NCBI GenBank assembly: GCA_945900015.1
Contig: CAMDJC010000004.1
Location: forward strand, 8,679 to 72,678
DNA: 64,000 nucleotides
Source: an uncultured Odoribacter sp.
GTDB lineage: Bacteria > Bacteroidota > Bacteroidia > Bacteroidales > Marinifilaceae
Direction of reading: 5' to 3'
Every line of letters starts with the position of its first letter. Position 1 is the stretch's first letter. Below, piece by piece: positions 10,607 through 19,482 of the stretch. The translations under genes were made by a program, and so were the position numbers. The notes below the pieces were generated by a model that had not been told where the DNA came from, did no database searches, and saw only the letters and a program-made list of their open reading frames with translations.

Positions 10607-11795
10607 ATCTACCACGCCTTATCCTTAAAACTTTTCCATTTCTATCTATTTTTACCTTTCCATTAGCTTCAAATATGCGCAAAAGAGGATCTATCGATTC
10701 GTCACGTCCTACATTGAACCCGAAACGATAATCTTTCACTTCCTGATTTTCATAAAACACAGTAACATCATACCAACGTTCGATAGCGTGCATAATATCT
10801 TCCAAACGGACATCCCGGAAGCGGAAACGAGAATCTTTCCAAGCCACGAGATAGCTGACATCAACAGCTTTCACGTCCTGTTTTCCGGTATTCTTATCCA
10901 ATACAAACTGCTCGTTCGGCTGCAATACCCGTTGACGGATTCCCGGACCCGACACAGCCACCTTACCTTCAACCAAGGTCGTATGCACCAAAGCATCATT
11001 TTCGTAATCCGCCACATTAAAATGTGTTCCCAATACTTCGATATTATATCGGGAAGTTTTTACGATAAAAGGTTTTGCTGCATCTTTAGCAACCTCGAAG
11101 TAAGCCTCTCCGTGCAATTCCACTTCACGAGTGTTTCCAACGAAACGAACCGGATAGCTCAAAACGGTCTCCGCATTCAAATGAACAACAGTCCCGTCGC
11201 TAAGGGTCAGTTTAAACTCACCCCCACGCGGAACAGTCACCTTATTAAAAACCACTTCTTCGACAGTTTGCACCAAACTGTCTTCATATATCAAATTATC
11301 ACCCTGATTATATATATTTGTTGCCGACTGCTTTTCAATGATTCCCCCCTTGGTCTTTTCCAAGTCCACCACTTTTCCATCCGCCAAAGTCAACATTGCA
11401 CGCGTACTTCCTTGCACCACTTCATTTTGTGCCACCTGCTTTTCGGCTTCCATTTTTTGCTCCCAATACAACCTCGCCGCAACTCCCATCCCACAAACCA
11501 ATGATATGACTGCTACCCAACGCAAAAACCGACGACGCATCCGTATTGGTCGACCCGCAGATTTCTGATGACATTTCTGTGATAATTTTTCCCACCCGAC
11601 CGTCTTGTCAAACCCAGCCGCTTTCTTTTGATACATTTCGCAATTGCGCCCGTCTAAAATATGTTCATAAAGATTTTGATTGTCTTCCGACTCAGACAAC
11701 CATTCATCCAAACTGCTCTTGTTTTCATCAGAGCAATCTCCCGACAATACATGGGCAATCTTTTTCGCTATCTCAAAATCCTTTTCTGTATTCAT
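10605..11795 (-). CDS. fecR: FecR family anti-sigma factor
   Basis: Likely start MNTEK at 11795; single TM; VPRGGEFKLTLSDGTVVHLNAET, GEAYFEV, VLGTHFNV motifs. Confidence 0.92.
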   Translation of the reverse strand: MNTEKDFEIAKKIAHVLSGDCSDENKSSLDEWLSESEDNQNLYEHILDGRNCEMYQKKAAGFDKTVGWEKLSQKCHQKSAGRPIRMRRRFLRWVAVISLVCGMGVAARLYWEQKMEAEKQVAQNEVVQGSTRAMLTLADGKVVDLEKTKGGIIEKQSATNIYNQGDNLIYEDSLVQTVEEVVFNKVTVPRGGEFKLTLSDGTVVHLNAETVLSYPVRFVGNTREVELHGEAYFEVAKDAAKPFIVKTSRYNIEVLGTHFNVADYENDALVHTTLVEGKVAVSGPGIRQRVLQPNEQFVLDKNTGKQDVKAVDVSYLVAWKDSRFRFRDVRLEDIMHAIERWYDVTVFYENQEVKDYRFGFNVGRDESIDPLLRIFEANGKVKIDRNGKVLRIRRGR

Positions 11796-12023
11796 GCCTT
11801 TTTCATGTTCTTTATAACAACCTCCGTTTATAATAAAACACAAAAAAGCATTTTTATGGGGAAGCCAATTCCCACTTTTTTTTGAAAAAAAAATCGCAGA
11901 ATTTGCAATTATCTTAGAATTAAACGGTTATTCGGATTGCTTGAAAATTGGGTAACGAGATAGCAACCGTTCGTGTTTCTGAGTTCTTCATTGTTATGCT
12001 CCAATGTGATAACTCTGATGCCA

Positions 12024-12031
12024 CAAAGGTA
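12024..12031 (-). promoter_or_regulatory. Bacteroidetes sigmaA -7 box (TACCTTTG) pointing toward fecR
   Basis: Matches TAnnTTTG; the -33 element is poor. Confidence 0.45.
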
Positions 12032-12032
12032 C

Positions 12033-12087
12033 AAAAAGAAATGCAGACGAAAAGAGAATGATGATAATTTTCTTTCTCCTGCATTTC
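12033..12087 (-). terminator. Intrinsic terminator after DUF1016 pseudogene
   Basis: GAAATGCAG...CTGCATTTC stem followed by a T-run on the minus strand. Confidence 0.6.
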
Positions 12088-12089
12088 AA

Positions 12090-12860
12090 TTATAGCAGTT
12101 TCTTTAATTCTTCAATATCGGGTAGCGCATTGCGTAATCGTTCGGGCATATCTTTCGTTGCTCGATAAGTTGCAACACCCATAGGCTTGTCATAATCTCT
12201 AATTGCAAACTCGACAAATGATTGATTCATATCACGACATAACAAGATGCCAATTACAGGGTTTTCGTGCGGTTTCTTTACATATTTATCAAGAGCCGAC
12301 AGATATGTACTTAACTGACCCAAGTACGAAGAGCGAAATTTTCCTGATTTCAACTCAACGACAACAAGCGAATTTAGTTCACGATTGAAGAATGCCTGTT
12401 TTGTACTAGGCATTGTGGCTGTGAAATTATTAGGGAGTGTTCCGCGATGGTTGTATAAATCTGCTTTAAGATAATCCCTCAAAGTGTACTTATTCCAAAA
12501 CCGTGTGGCTGATTCGTGAATATAGAACAAACGAGCATCTAACGACTTCGCCTTTGTTATAATTTCAATATGGTGACTAAAACCAATGGCAACAAAATCC
12601 GGCCAATTAAATTTGTCAGCCATTGGCTGGCGATTTATAATGGGCGACCACTCTTCGTAGAATGAGCGCATATTCTTTATGTTCGTTGCCGAGAATCCAC
12701 GAATTCCGGGCAACTCCTTTTGTAGTTACCGGCTAATTGCTTCTATTGCACCTTTGCCCCAATAGCCCTCACGAGAGTTCTTAGAGACATAACAACCTAT
12801 GCCATAGTACAATGATAGTTGCTCTTTATTAGCCACAGACGCTGCACGATACTGACGGAT
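12090..12860 (-). pseudogene. DUF1016/YhcG PDDEXK nuclease family pseudogene
   Basis: Upstream frame RQYRAASVANKEQLSLYYGIG...WGKGAIEAISR is broken by an in-frame TAA at 12726-12728; the start is lost; KQA is joined directly to FFNREL...VELK, implying an internal deletion; GQLSTYL and GILLC motifs remain. Confidence 0.85.
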
Positions 12861-12971
12861 TTACAACGATTTAGTTGAGTGCCAATTAAAACTGTCTGAA
12901 AGCCATATAAAACATACAGCCTGACAGCTCTACACAAAGTAATTTTGCAAACAAAAAGAGTAGAGCCACCG

Positions 12972-13985
12972 TCAACGATTATTTTTCCATACCAATGTCC
13001 TAAATCTGCTTTGCAACTCACTCAATCGTTCCATAATCTCATCGAAAGAAGGTGCATTGGCATAGATGAATCCAATTTGCATCTGCTTATAGTCGTCACG
13101 CAAAACATCTTCGATGCTTTCAGGAGGCAGGAACGATATTGTGTGTGGAAGATGACTCGTATAGTCCAATCCACTCCAAGCCGTGAACTTTTTACGATGA
13201 GTCACAATGTCCTCGTATAATTGTACATCCTGCATTGCTTCCATAGCAAACGGTTTATCCATCATCTTTACAATGTCATACATGTGTCGTGTGATACGTT
13301 CGATATGCGTACAGCCATTGGGACGGTTAAACTCTTCATGCAAAAGAAAAACCTTTTCCAGGAATGTTCGTCCTGGCACTACGGTAGGAACAGTGAATAT
13401 AGGTAATGAGAACTCTTCACCTGGATAAGCATCTTCTATCATAGAACGCATTTCCACATCTTCTGACGGTTCCATGAGTGAACGACAGCTTATCTCAACT
13501 TTGACTCGTTCGGGTATATATTGCATTTTCGTTTGTAGCACTGAATTATACTCGACAAACAGGACCACAGGATCAAGGTCACTGACAGATGTCTCCGGAA
13601 CTATAACCTTACAGCTCTCTGATAGCCCAAACTCTTTTAATCTGGTCTCAACGTCGAGCGCGAAAGAGCCATCTATGAACTTCTTGGAGTCTTTCCGCAA
13701 CTTAGTCCGTTGACTTTTAGTCTCAATATTTGTAAATCCGAGATATTGGGGATCTATTGCAAGGTCAATATCTTCTGAAAACCGTTCTATTAATCCCCAA
13801 CCTTTGCTAAGGCTTGTTCCTCCCTTGAAAACAAAAGCTGCTGCATACGGCAAAGAAAATATGGCACGTAACACCATACTGACCCAGTAGTCCTTTTCTA
13901 CGGCATTGTCCACAATCCCTTTATCTTCGGCTACATTAGCCAAAATGGTAAGTTGTTCTTCTTTTGTAAGTTTAGTAAAATTCAT
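12972..13985 (-). CDS. AbiEii/AbiGii family nucleotidyltransferase toxin (type IV TA)
   Basis: EKDYW, FKGGTSLSK, RFSEDIDL motifs; ATGA overlap with the upstream partner. Confidence 0.9.
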   Translation of the reverse strand: MNFTKLTKEEQLTILANVAEDKGIVDNAVEKDYWVSMVLRAIFSLPYAAAFVFKGGTSLSKGWGLIERFSEDIDLAIDPQYLGFTNIETKSQRTKLRKDSKKFIDGSFALDVETRLKEFGLSESCKVIVPETSVSDLDPVVLFVEYNSVLQTKMQYIPERVKVEISCRSLMEPSEDVEMRSMIEDAYPGEEFSLPIFTVPTVVPGRTFLEKVFLLHEEFNRPNGCTHIERITRHMYDIVKMMDKPFAMEAMQDVQLYEDIVTHRKKFTAWSGLDYTSHLPHTISFLPPESIEDVLRDDYKQMQIGFIYANAPSFDEIMERLSELQSRFRTLVWKNNR

Positions 13986-14578
13986 AATGCAAGTCGTTGT
14001 TTAATCCATTGCGGGGCAATACTGTAATCGTATTTGATTTCATCAGGACTACCATATTTTTCAATGGCTTGTTTTATGATTGCAACCTGTTCATCTGTCA
14101 CGTTATCTTTCCCTAATTCTTTCATGGCAGCGACTATAAGTGGAAACAAGTCTGTCTTGTAGGCAAAATTGCGAGGTGCGCTGCGCTTGAATATGATTTT
14201 ACGGTTCCCGATAGTAAGTTCCCTTGCTGTGGCATCTGTCAAATAGACTGCATTCATCGTGACCTGTGTGGAAAGTCCCAATTTGTTCAATGCTGTCAAT
14301 CCACTAGGTATAATACGAGCCTTATCCTTTTCCGCTATAGCGTATGCGATATCTTCTATAGAGGGACGAAGTACACCGAACTTATTCCGTAATGGATATA
14401 GATATAGACCTTGAGAAAGACGAATGAGCACACCCTCTTTCTCTAATCGGGAAAGCGCACGAGTAACTAGTCCGTCATTATTCAGATGGGCAAAATCACT
14501 CACCATATAAAGCCTGTTCGGCCCGTTTCGGTCTATGATGTTTCGTATTTCCTTCGTCAGTATTGTCTTCATATCCAC
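13982..14578 (-). CDS. DUF6088 family AbiEi-like antitoxin / transcriptional regulator
   Basis: wHTH-like RALSRL...RLSQGLY, PSGLTALNKLGLSTQV, VYLTD motifs; paired with AbiEii. Confidence 0.85.
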   Translation of the reverse strand: MDMKTILTKEIRNIIDRNGPNRLYMVSDFAHLNNDGLVTRALSRLEKEGVLIRLSQGLYLYPLRNKFGVLRPSIEDIAYAIAEKDKARIIPSGLTALNKLGLSTQVTMNAVYLTDATARELTIGNRKIIFKRSAPRNFAYKTDLFPLIVAAMKELGKDNVTDEQVAIIKQAIEKYGSPDEIKYDYSIAPQWIKQRLAL

Positions 14579-14592
14579 AATGATTCCACTTG

Positions 14593-14662
14593 CAAAGATA
14601 CGATATTACTCTTGATGTAGCAATAAAATGTCCGAAATTCTTAAAGAAAATCGGACATTATA
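14593..14662 (-). promoter_or_regulatory. TA promoter (TTG-20nt-TATCTTTG) with adjacent inverted-repeat operator
   Basis: -7 at 14593-14600, TTG at 14621-14623; IR AATGTCCGA (14627-35) / TCGGACATT (14651-59). Confidence 0.7.
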
Positions 14663-14707
14663 GAATGCTTTGCGGCTTAATACCACCCCTAACCAACTGT
14701 AAAATTA

Positions 14708-14755
14708 CAAAAAAGTCATAATAATAAGCCTTGTACGGGCAAATTATTACGACTT
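14708..14755 (-). terminator. Intrinsic terminator downstream of a lost gene
   Basis: AAGTCGTAATAA...TTATTATGACTT stem plus T-run on the minus strand. Confidence 0.6.
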
Positions 14756-14765
14756 GGGGTGCATT

Positions 14766-14831
14766 TTAGAGTTTCAACCCTCGATTTTGTCTTCTGCTTG
14801 TCGGCAATCCTAATGCTTCCATAAACTGGTC
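14766..14831 (-). pseudogene. C-terminal stub of a probable MobV/Pre-type mobilization protein
   Basis: DQFMEALGLPTSRRQNRGLKL* followed by a terminator; the resemblance to Bacteroidales Mob C-termini is from memory and unverified. Confidence 0.4.
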
Positions 14832-14872
14832 GCTAGTTGACGATTTTATTAAGCCCCAATTGATTTTCAATA

Positions 14873-15409
14873 TTATCCCAAGAACAGATAAAGCAGATAA
14901 TAATAGTCTTTCAAAGCCTCCTTTAATTTTTTGTAGGCAATCTTTTTCTGTGTATGGACAGAGCTTTCGGCAATCCCCAAACGGTCGGCAATCTCACTGT
15001 TTTTCAACCCGTCCAAAGCCAATTGAATCACCTCTTTTCCCTGAGGCGAAAGCGTTTCTACAGCTGCATAAAAAATACGATAGCTCTCTGTCTCTATCAA
15101 ATTATTATGAAAAAAGCCTTTGTTTTCAATCACAGAGATATCTTCCCGCACAATCTTCTGACGCTGCACGATATTCAGGCAGTCGTTCCTGACAACGGTA
15201 TAAAGAAAAGACTTGATTTTAACAGCATCATCGAAATCCCCCCGACGAGCCCAAAACTTCACAAAAGCCTCCTGCACAACATCCGCCGACAACGCATCAT
15301 CTTTCAAATAGGCAGACGCAAACACACACAACCCTTGGTAGTACTCATTAAACAAACTTCGGAAAGCCTGTTCATCGCCATGTTGTATCTGTTTTATTGC
15401 AATATTCAC
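14873..15409 (-). CDS. ECF RNA polymerase sigma-70 factor
   Basis: DVVQEAFVKFW, FLYTVVRNDCLN region 2; LKNSEIADRLGI..SVHTQ region 4. Confidence 0.92.
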   Translation of the reverse strand: MNIAIKQIQHGDEQAFRSLFNEYYQGLCVFASAYLKDDALSADVVQEAFVKFWARRGDFDDAVKIKSFLYTVVRNDCLNIVQRQKIVREDISVIENKGFFHNNLIETESYRIFYAAVETLSPQGKEVIQLALDGLKNSEIADRLGIAESSVHTQKKIAYKKLKEALKDYYYLLYLFLG

Positions 15410-15502
15410 AATATATACATAAAGTTAATTTTGCAAAACTAATGAAAAACATCCAGCATTCCCAACAATCCGAGAAATTATTATAACACAAAACATCAGC
15501 AA

Positions 15503-18500
15503 CTACTCCAACCGGACAAATTTCACAGCATCCGCAATAATCGCAACATCTTTATCCTTGTTAACCTCCTTATCGGAAAGTATTACCCGGACTTCTCCTT
15601 CCGGAAAATCAAATTTTCCCAAAGACACCCAACCTGAGGGAAGGCCCTCCAGTTCTTCATCCAATGGCAATTCTATCTCTTCCTGTTTATCCCCATAACA
15701 AACCGTATAGTAGTTGACAACAGAAGAAGGGAAGGCTTTTATACCCGGAAATGTAGCGATATAATCCTTGAATACCTTTACCCAGACCTCATAATATCCG
15801 CGGGGCAATGCAACCCGCCATGTCGCTGTCGATTCCCCGACTCCTCCGCCTATACAATGATATCCGCGAATGGAATCCCCGCAAGCCGAAGTATGGTACG
15901 CAGGTACCCAATCGGAGGTCCTGCCGGAACGCGTGATGACACGATAAGCCGGTTTCTTGCCAAATTTGCGCCGAAACCATGACTCATTACTATTTTTCAC
16001 CTCAAATCCGTCATCCGTATCATCGACAAGCCATACATTTTCATCCGACTTTTCAAACTCCGCATCCGAAATCGTCCGAGAAACAAAACCCGGTTTCCAA
16101 GATTCCGCCATCTCTCGGGAACAATGTCCATTATCTCCCCTCCAGACAATCGGACGATTGGCAGACAAATAAGCATACATATAACCTATACCCTCTTCAC
16201 AAAATGACAAATATTTTGCTTCATGAGGTGCGAAATAAAAATGAACACTCTTAGGTTCAAATACACCTCCATAATTAACAGAAAAAAATCCTCTGCAATC
16301 TCCCATATTCCGGACCCAAGCCTCCAATCTATACAATCCGGTCTGTTCATTATAATAGCGTACCGCATCCTTTACCTTGAAATAGTGGGTATGTCTGGTT
16401 GCATACCAGACATCCGTCAAGGAATCCGCATCCGACAGCCCACGCCTGTTCCACCCTGCCATCAACGAATCGTAACTTACTTCCCCGACAGCCACCGCAG
16501 CAATACTGTCCAAAGAGGCTGCCAATTCCTCTTCCGGGACAACGAGCGCAAAATATGACCACAACTCCTTTGCTTTCACATACAGTGCTTCATACTTCAA
16601 ACGCTCATCCAGAGCATTGTCCGACAAGATTTCTCCCAATGTCCTACCCATCAGATAATCATAAACATTTTCATCCCCGTCCTCATTTGCATGGGCTATA
16701 CCTTCCAAATTAAAATGCAGCGGTTCCCCATAAGATCGTCTCAACAATTCAAATACAACTCCCATAAAAGGATATTTCCCGGAATACATTCTATACCGTG
16801 GCAGTCTAAACACCAGATTGGCGGCATGCCTTGCCACCGGCGAGACCACCCTATCCATTCCCGGCAGCGGATGGCTGCCAACCGTTGACATAGAAACGAA
16901 CATCGTGTAAAACAATTCATCAAATACCAGAGAACAATCATCATACGTCTGAAAATCCCCGCTTAAAGAACCGGTACAATAAGATGGGAAAAACATATAT
17001 TCCGGACAAAAAAACATGCCCGGCTCCACTTTTACATCTACAGGCTCCACCCTGTAACCCGAAGGCACAAAAGACACCGGAGTTTCCACACAAGCAATCC
17101 GGACATTGCCGTCCTCGTCCCAAAGGACAGCCTCGTAATCTTCAGGCTCATATCCGGTATACTTCTTCCCGTCTTCCTTCATATAACGGGAAAATACCGA
17201 CCGCCTGACCTTACCGAAACAATTCTTCAATATTTCTCCCCACTTGCCTGCATAACAATCCAGTTTTAACGTCTGATGCAAAGGAATCGAATAACTGTTT
17301 ACATCCGCTGCATAAACAGAAATCCCGGGGGACAGGCAAGAAGAAAAACAGACAGAATCCCCCTGTCGGACACATTTCCCTTGGGAAACGACACAACGCT
17401 GCGAAGGTTGCGCAACCGTCAGTTGGAATGATGTAAAATCCCAATGCGTAAACGCTTCACCCAACGGATTCACGGGCGGGAAAGCCACCGGATACCACAT
17501 ACAGGCAGGAGTCAACAATAAAATATCCCTGTGGACAAACGCACCCCGCCGACCCGTCGGGAAAAAATTATCGGCATGAAAGACATCCTCATACTCTTTG
17601 TCGGACAGATGCAAATCGCAGACACGGTCGTCCACCGTTCCGCCATACTCCCAATGCAACACCAGACTGTCCGTAGCAGGCAGACTACGATGCACAACAA
17701 CGACCTGACCGCTTCTCGTATAGCTCAAATCTTCCGCTCCGCAACGCAATTCACGTATATGCAGTCCGGGATTCAAAAACAGGACAATGCTGTCCAATGC
17801 AGCCCTGCCGGGATTATAAACCGTCATATCACTGCCCACTTCCAAAACATTGTCGTGCTGAGCCAACCGAATCCGATGATTCTTTACACGGCATGTCGTT
17901 TCGTTCCAATAATGTTCAAACGTATTTTTCCACTCGTGGCGCACCATACGGTCATCCCGATAACGATACTCAAGCAAAAACAGACACCCCAGCCCCATCA
18001 CAAGCACACCCAAACCACACCAACTGCAAACGCCCCTGATTTCCCTATTGGGAATCCGTCCCAGCCTCCCCAGACCCAACAGCAAAAAACCAATCCCTGC
18101 AAAGAAATAAATCAAACGATGGTGCAAATAAGCCGACAGATTTATATGACCCACCATATCCGAAAACAAATTAGGCACCCCCACAGCAAAGAAATCAAAA
18201 GTGCCATGACTGACATAAGGCAACCACCAGATGCTTCCCAGCCACCACAATACCCCAGCCAGCAAAGCAATCAACCTTAAAGTATAACGGCTTAAAAACA
18301 CCATCAAACCGGAGACAAACACCCAACAGGGAATCGTCAAAGTCAACAGATAAAAAAGATAATATCCCAAGCGAAAAGGAGAAAGACTGACCGAATGCAC
18401 CACCAACATCTCCATAAACATCGCCAACAGACAAACAATCATAAAAGAGAGAAAAACACCTGCCAGCGAACCCCAATAATACACCGTATTCCCAAACGGA

Positions 18501-18808
18501 CGAACCAATACCCCGTCACGCAAACCGGAACGGACCAGACGCTTAGGGAAATCCGACATAACGACTATCAGAAAAAGAGACTGGACCAGACAAAACAAAT
18601 AAGCATTCACCAATGGAATGGAACAAGGGAGCCCCACCATTTTCCAATGCATGCCGTCGCCCCCCTGCCTATACATCTGACACGCAACGATTCCCACCAA
18701 AGACAAGACTACAAAAAAACGGAATACCCAACTACGCATCTGCAACTTCATCTCATTCCGCATTATCAAGAAAAAAGCGTGCGTGTCCATAAATCTAGAT
18801 TCTTTCAA
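15503..18808 (-). CDS. ABC-2 type permease fused to a large extracytoplasmic region with golvesin/xanthan-lyase-like C-terminal domain
   Basis: N-terminal multi-TM block; LLNPGL and WYP motifs of M1-like beta domain; VDDTDDGF...GWVSLGKFDF...IIADAVKFV C-terminus. Confidence 0.65.
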   Translation of the reverse strand: MKESRFMDTHAFFLIMRNEMKLQMRSWVFRFFVVLSLVGIVACQMYRQGGDGMHWKMVGLPCSIPLVNAYLFCLVQSLFLIVVMSDFPKRLVRSGLRDGVLVRPFGNTVYYWGSLAGVFLSFMIVCLLAMFMEMLVVHSVSLSPFRLGYYLFYLLTLTIPCWVFVSGLMVFLSRYTLRLIALLAGVLWWLGSIWWLPYVSHGTFDFFAVGVPNLFSDMVGHINLSAYLHHRLIYFFAGIGFLLLGLGRLGRIPNREIRGVCSWCGLGVLVMGLGCLFLLEYRYRDDRMVRHEWKNTFEHYWNETTCRVKNHRIRLAQHDNVLEVGSDMTVYNPGRAALDSIVLFLNPGLHIRELRCGAEDLSYTRSGQVVVVHRSLPATDSLVLHWEYGGTVDDRVCDLHLSDKEYEDVFHADNFFPTGRRGAFVHRDILLLTPACMWYPVAFPPVNPLGEAFTHWDFTSFQLTVAQPSQRCVVSQGKCVRQGDSVCFSSCLSPGISVYAADVNSYSIPLHQTLKLDCYAGKWGEILKNCFGKVRRSVFSRYMKEDGKKYTGYEPEDYEAVLWDEDGNVRIACVETPVSFVPSGYRVEPVDVKVEPGMFFCPEYMFFPSYCTGSLSGDFQTYDDCSLVFDELFYTMFVSMSTVGSHPLPGMDRVVSPVARHAANLVFRLPRYRMYSGKYPFMGVVFELLRRSYGEPLHFNLEGIAHANEDGDENVYDYLMGRTLGEILSDNALDERLKYEALYVKAKELWSYFALVVPEEELAASLDSIAAVAVGEVSYDSLMAGWNRRGLSDADSLTDVWYATRHTHYFKVKDAVRYYNEQTGLYRLEAWVRNMGDCRGFFSVNYGGVFEPKSVHFYFAPHEAKYLSFCEEGIGYMYAYLSANRPIVWRGDNGHCSREMAESWKPGFVSRTISDAEFEKSDENVWLVDDTDDGFEVKNSNESWFRRKFGKKPAYRVITRSGRTSDWVPAYHTSACGDSIRGYHCIGGGVGESTATWRVALPRGYYEVWVKVFKDYIATFPGIKAFPSSVVNYYTVCYGDKQEEIELPLDEELEGLPSGWVSLGKFDFPEGEVRVILSDKEVNKDKDVAIIADAVKFVRLE

Positions 18809-18952
18809 TTAACACAACCATAACTCACGAGGCTTCAAAGCAAAGCCAATATTATATCATATACAAATACAACAAATAAAAATTCAATAGAACGTAAATC
18901 ATCCCCTTGGGTTAATTCAGAATAGAGTGTCGGCACGTCATAGAGTACTTCC

Positions 18953-19459
18953 TCATCGGTTTAACCTATTTATTTTTTTGTAAAAAACTTCATCCACACT
19001 TTTTCCTACAATCAAATAAACACTATCCACCACATTAAACCTTATTTCCACATTCTCTCCCTTTAACAACATCTGATTCTGTCGGACTGTCAATCTAGAA
19101 AAATACTGATACATATTTTCTGATACACCAACATCTCTACCGCACCCAATTCCCGATTTCAAAGTATCACCGCTAATGCGACAAGTTTTTTGCATTCTAC
19201 GCATAGCCTGAGCAAAACGCTCTGTATTCACTTTACCTTCATGGAGCAATACCATAATATCACCGGCTGGAAATTCCAAGAACACAGAATCCTTATAAAA
19301 TTGACTCCAATTACATACTTCTCCATTTTTCTTTGTCGCACAAGAAATCGACAGCAATATAAAAAACATCACCATCAGCAAATTACTAATTTTGCACATA
19401 AATACGAATATTTTATCCATAACAAAATTTAATTTGTAATACACAATGTATAACAACAT
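18953..19459 (-). CDS. Hypothetical lipoprotein
   Basis: 168-aa ORF with lipobox-like ILLSISC; start uncertain. Confidence 0.55.
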   Translation of the reverse strand: MLLYIVYYKLNFVMDKIFVFMCKISNLLMVMFFILLSISCATKKNGEVCNWSQFYKDSVFLEFPAGDIMVLLHEGKVNTERFAQAMRRMQKTCRISGDTLKSGIGCGRDVGVSENMYQYFSRLTVRQNQMLLKGENVEIRFNVVDSVYLIVGKSVDEVFYKKINRLNR

Positions 19460-19482
19460 AGCCGTCTTCTGTTCTTAAACCA

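Larger units (their letters stand above)
11915..14860. mobile_element. Decayed mobilizable-element remnant between ECF sigma and fecR
   Basis: Typical Bacteroidales element cargo (DUF6088-AbiEii, DUF1016) plus a probable Mob C-terminal stub, interrupting a normally adjacent gene pair. No integrase is left; boundaries are approximate. Confidence 0.6.

Noticed and set aside
11876-11893. T8-G-A9 tract upstream of fecR
   Set aside because: A/T tracts are common at these promoters; no evidence of phase variation
11905-14880. Target-site duplication around the insert (shared GATAAT)
   Set aside because: Too short and AT-rich, and the right end appears deleted
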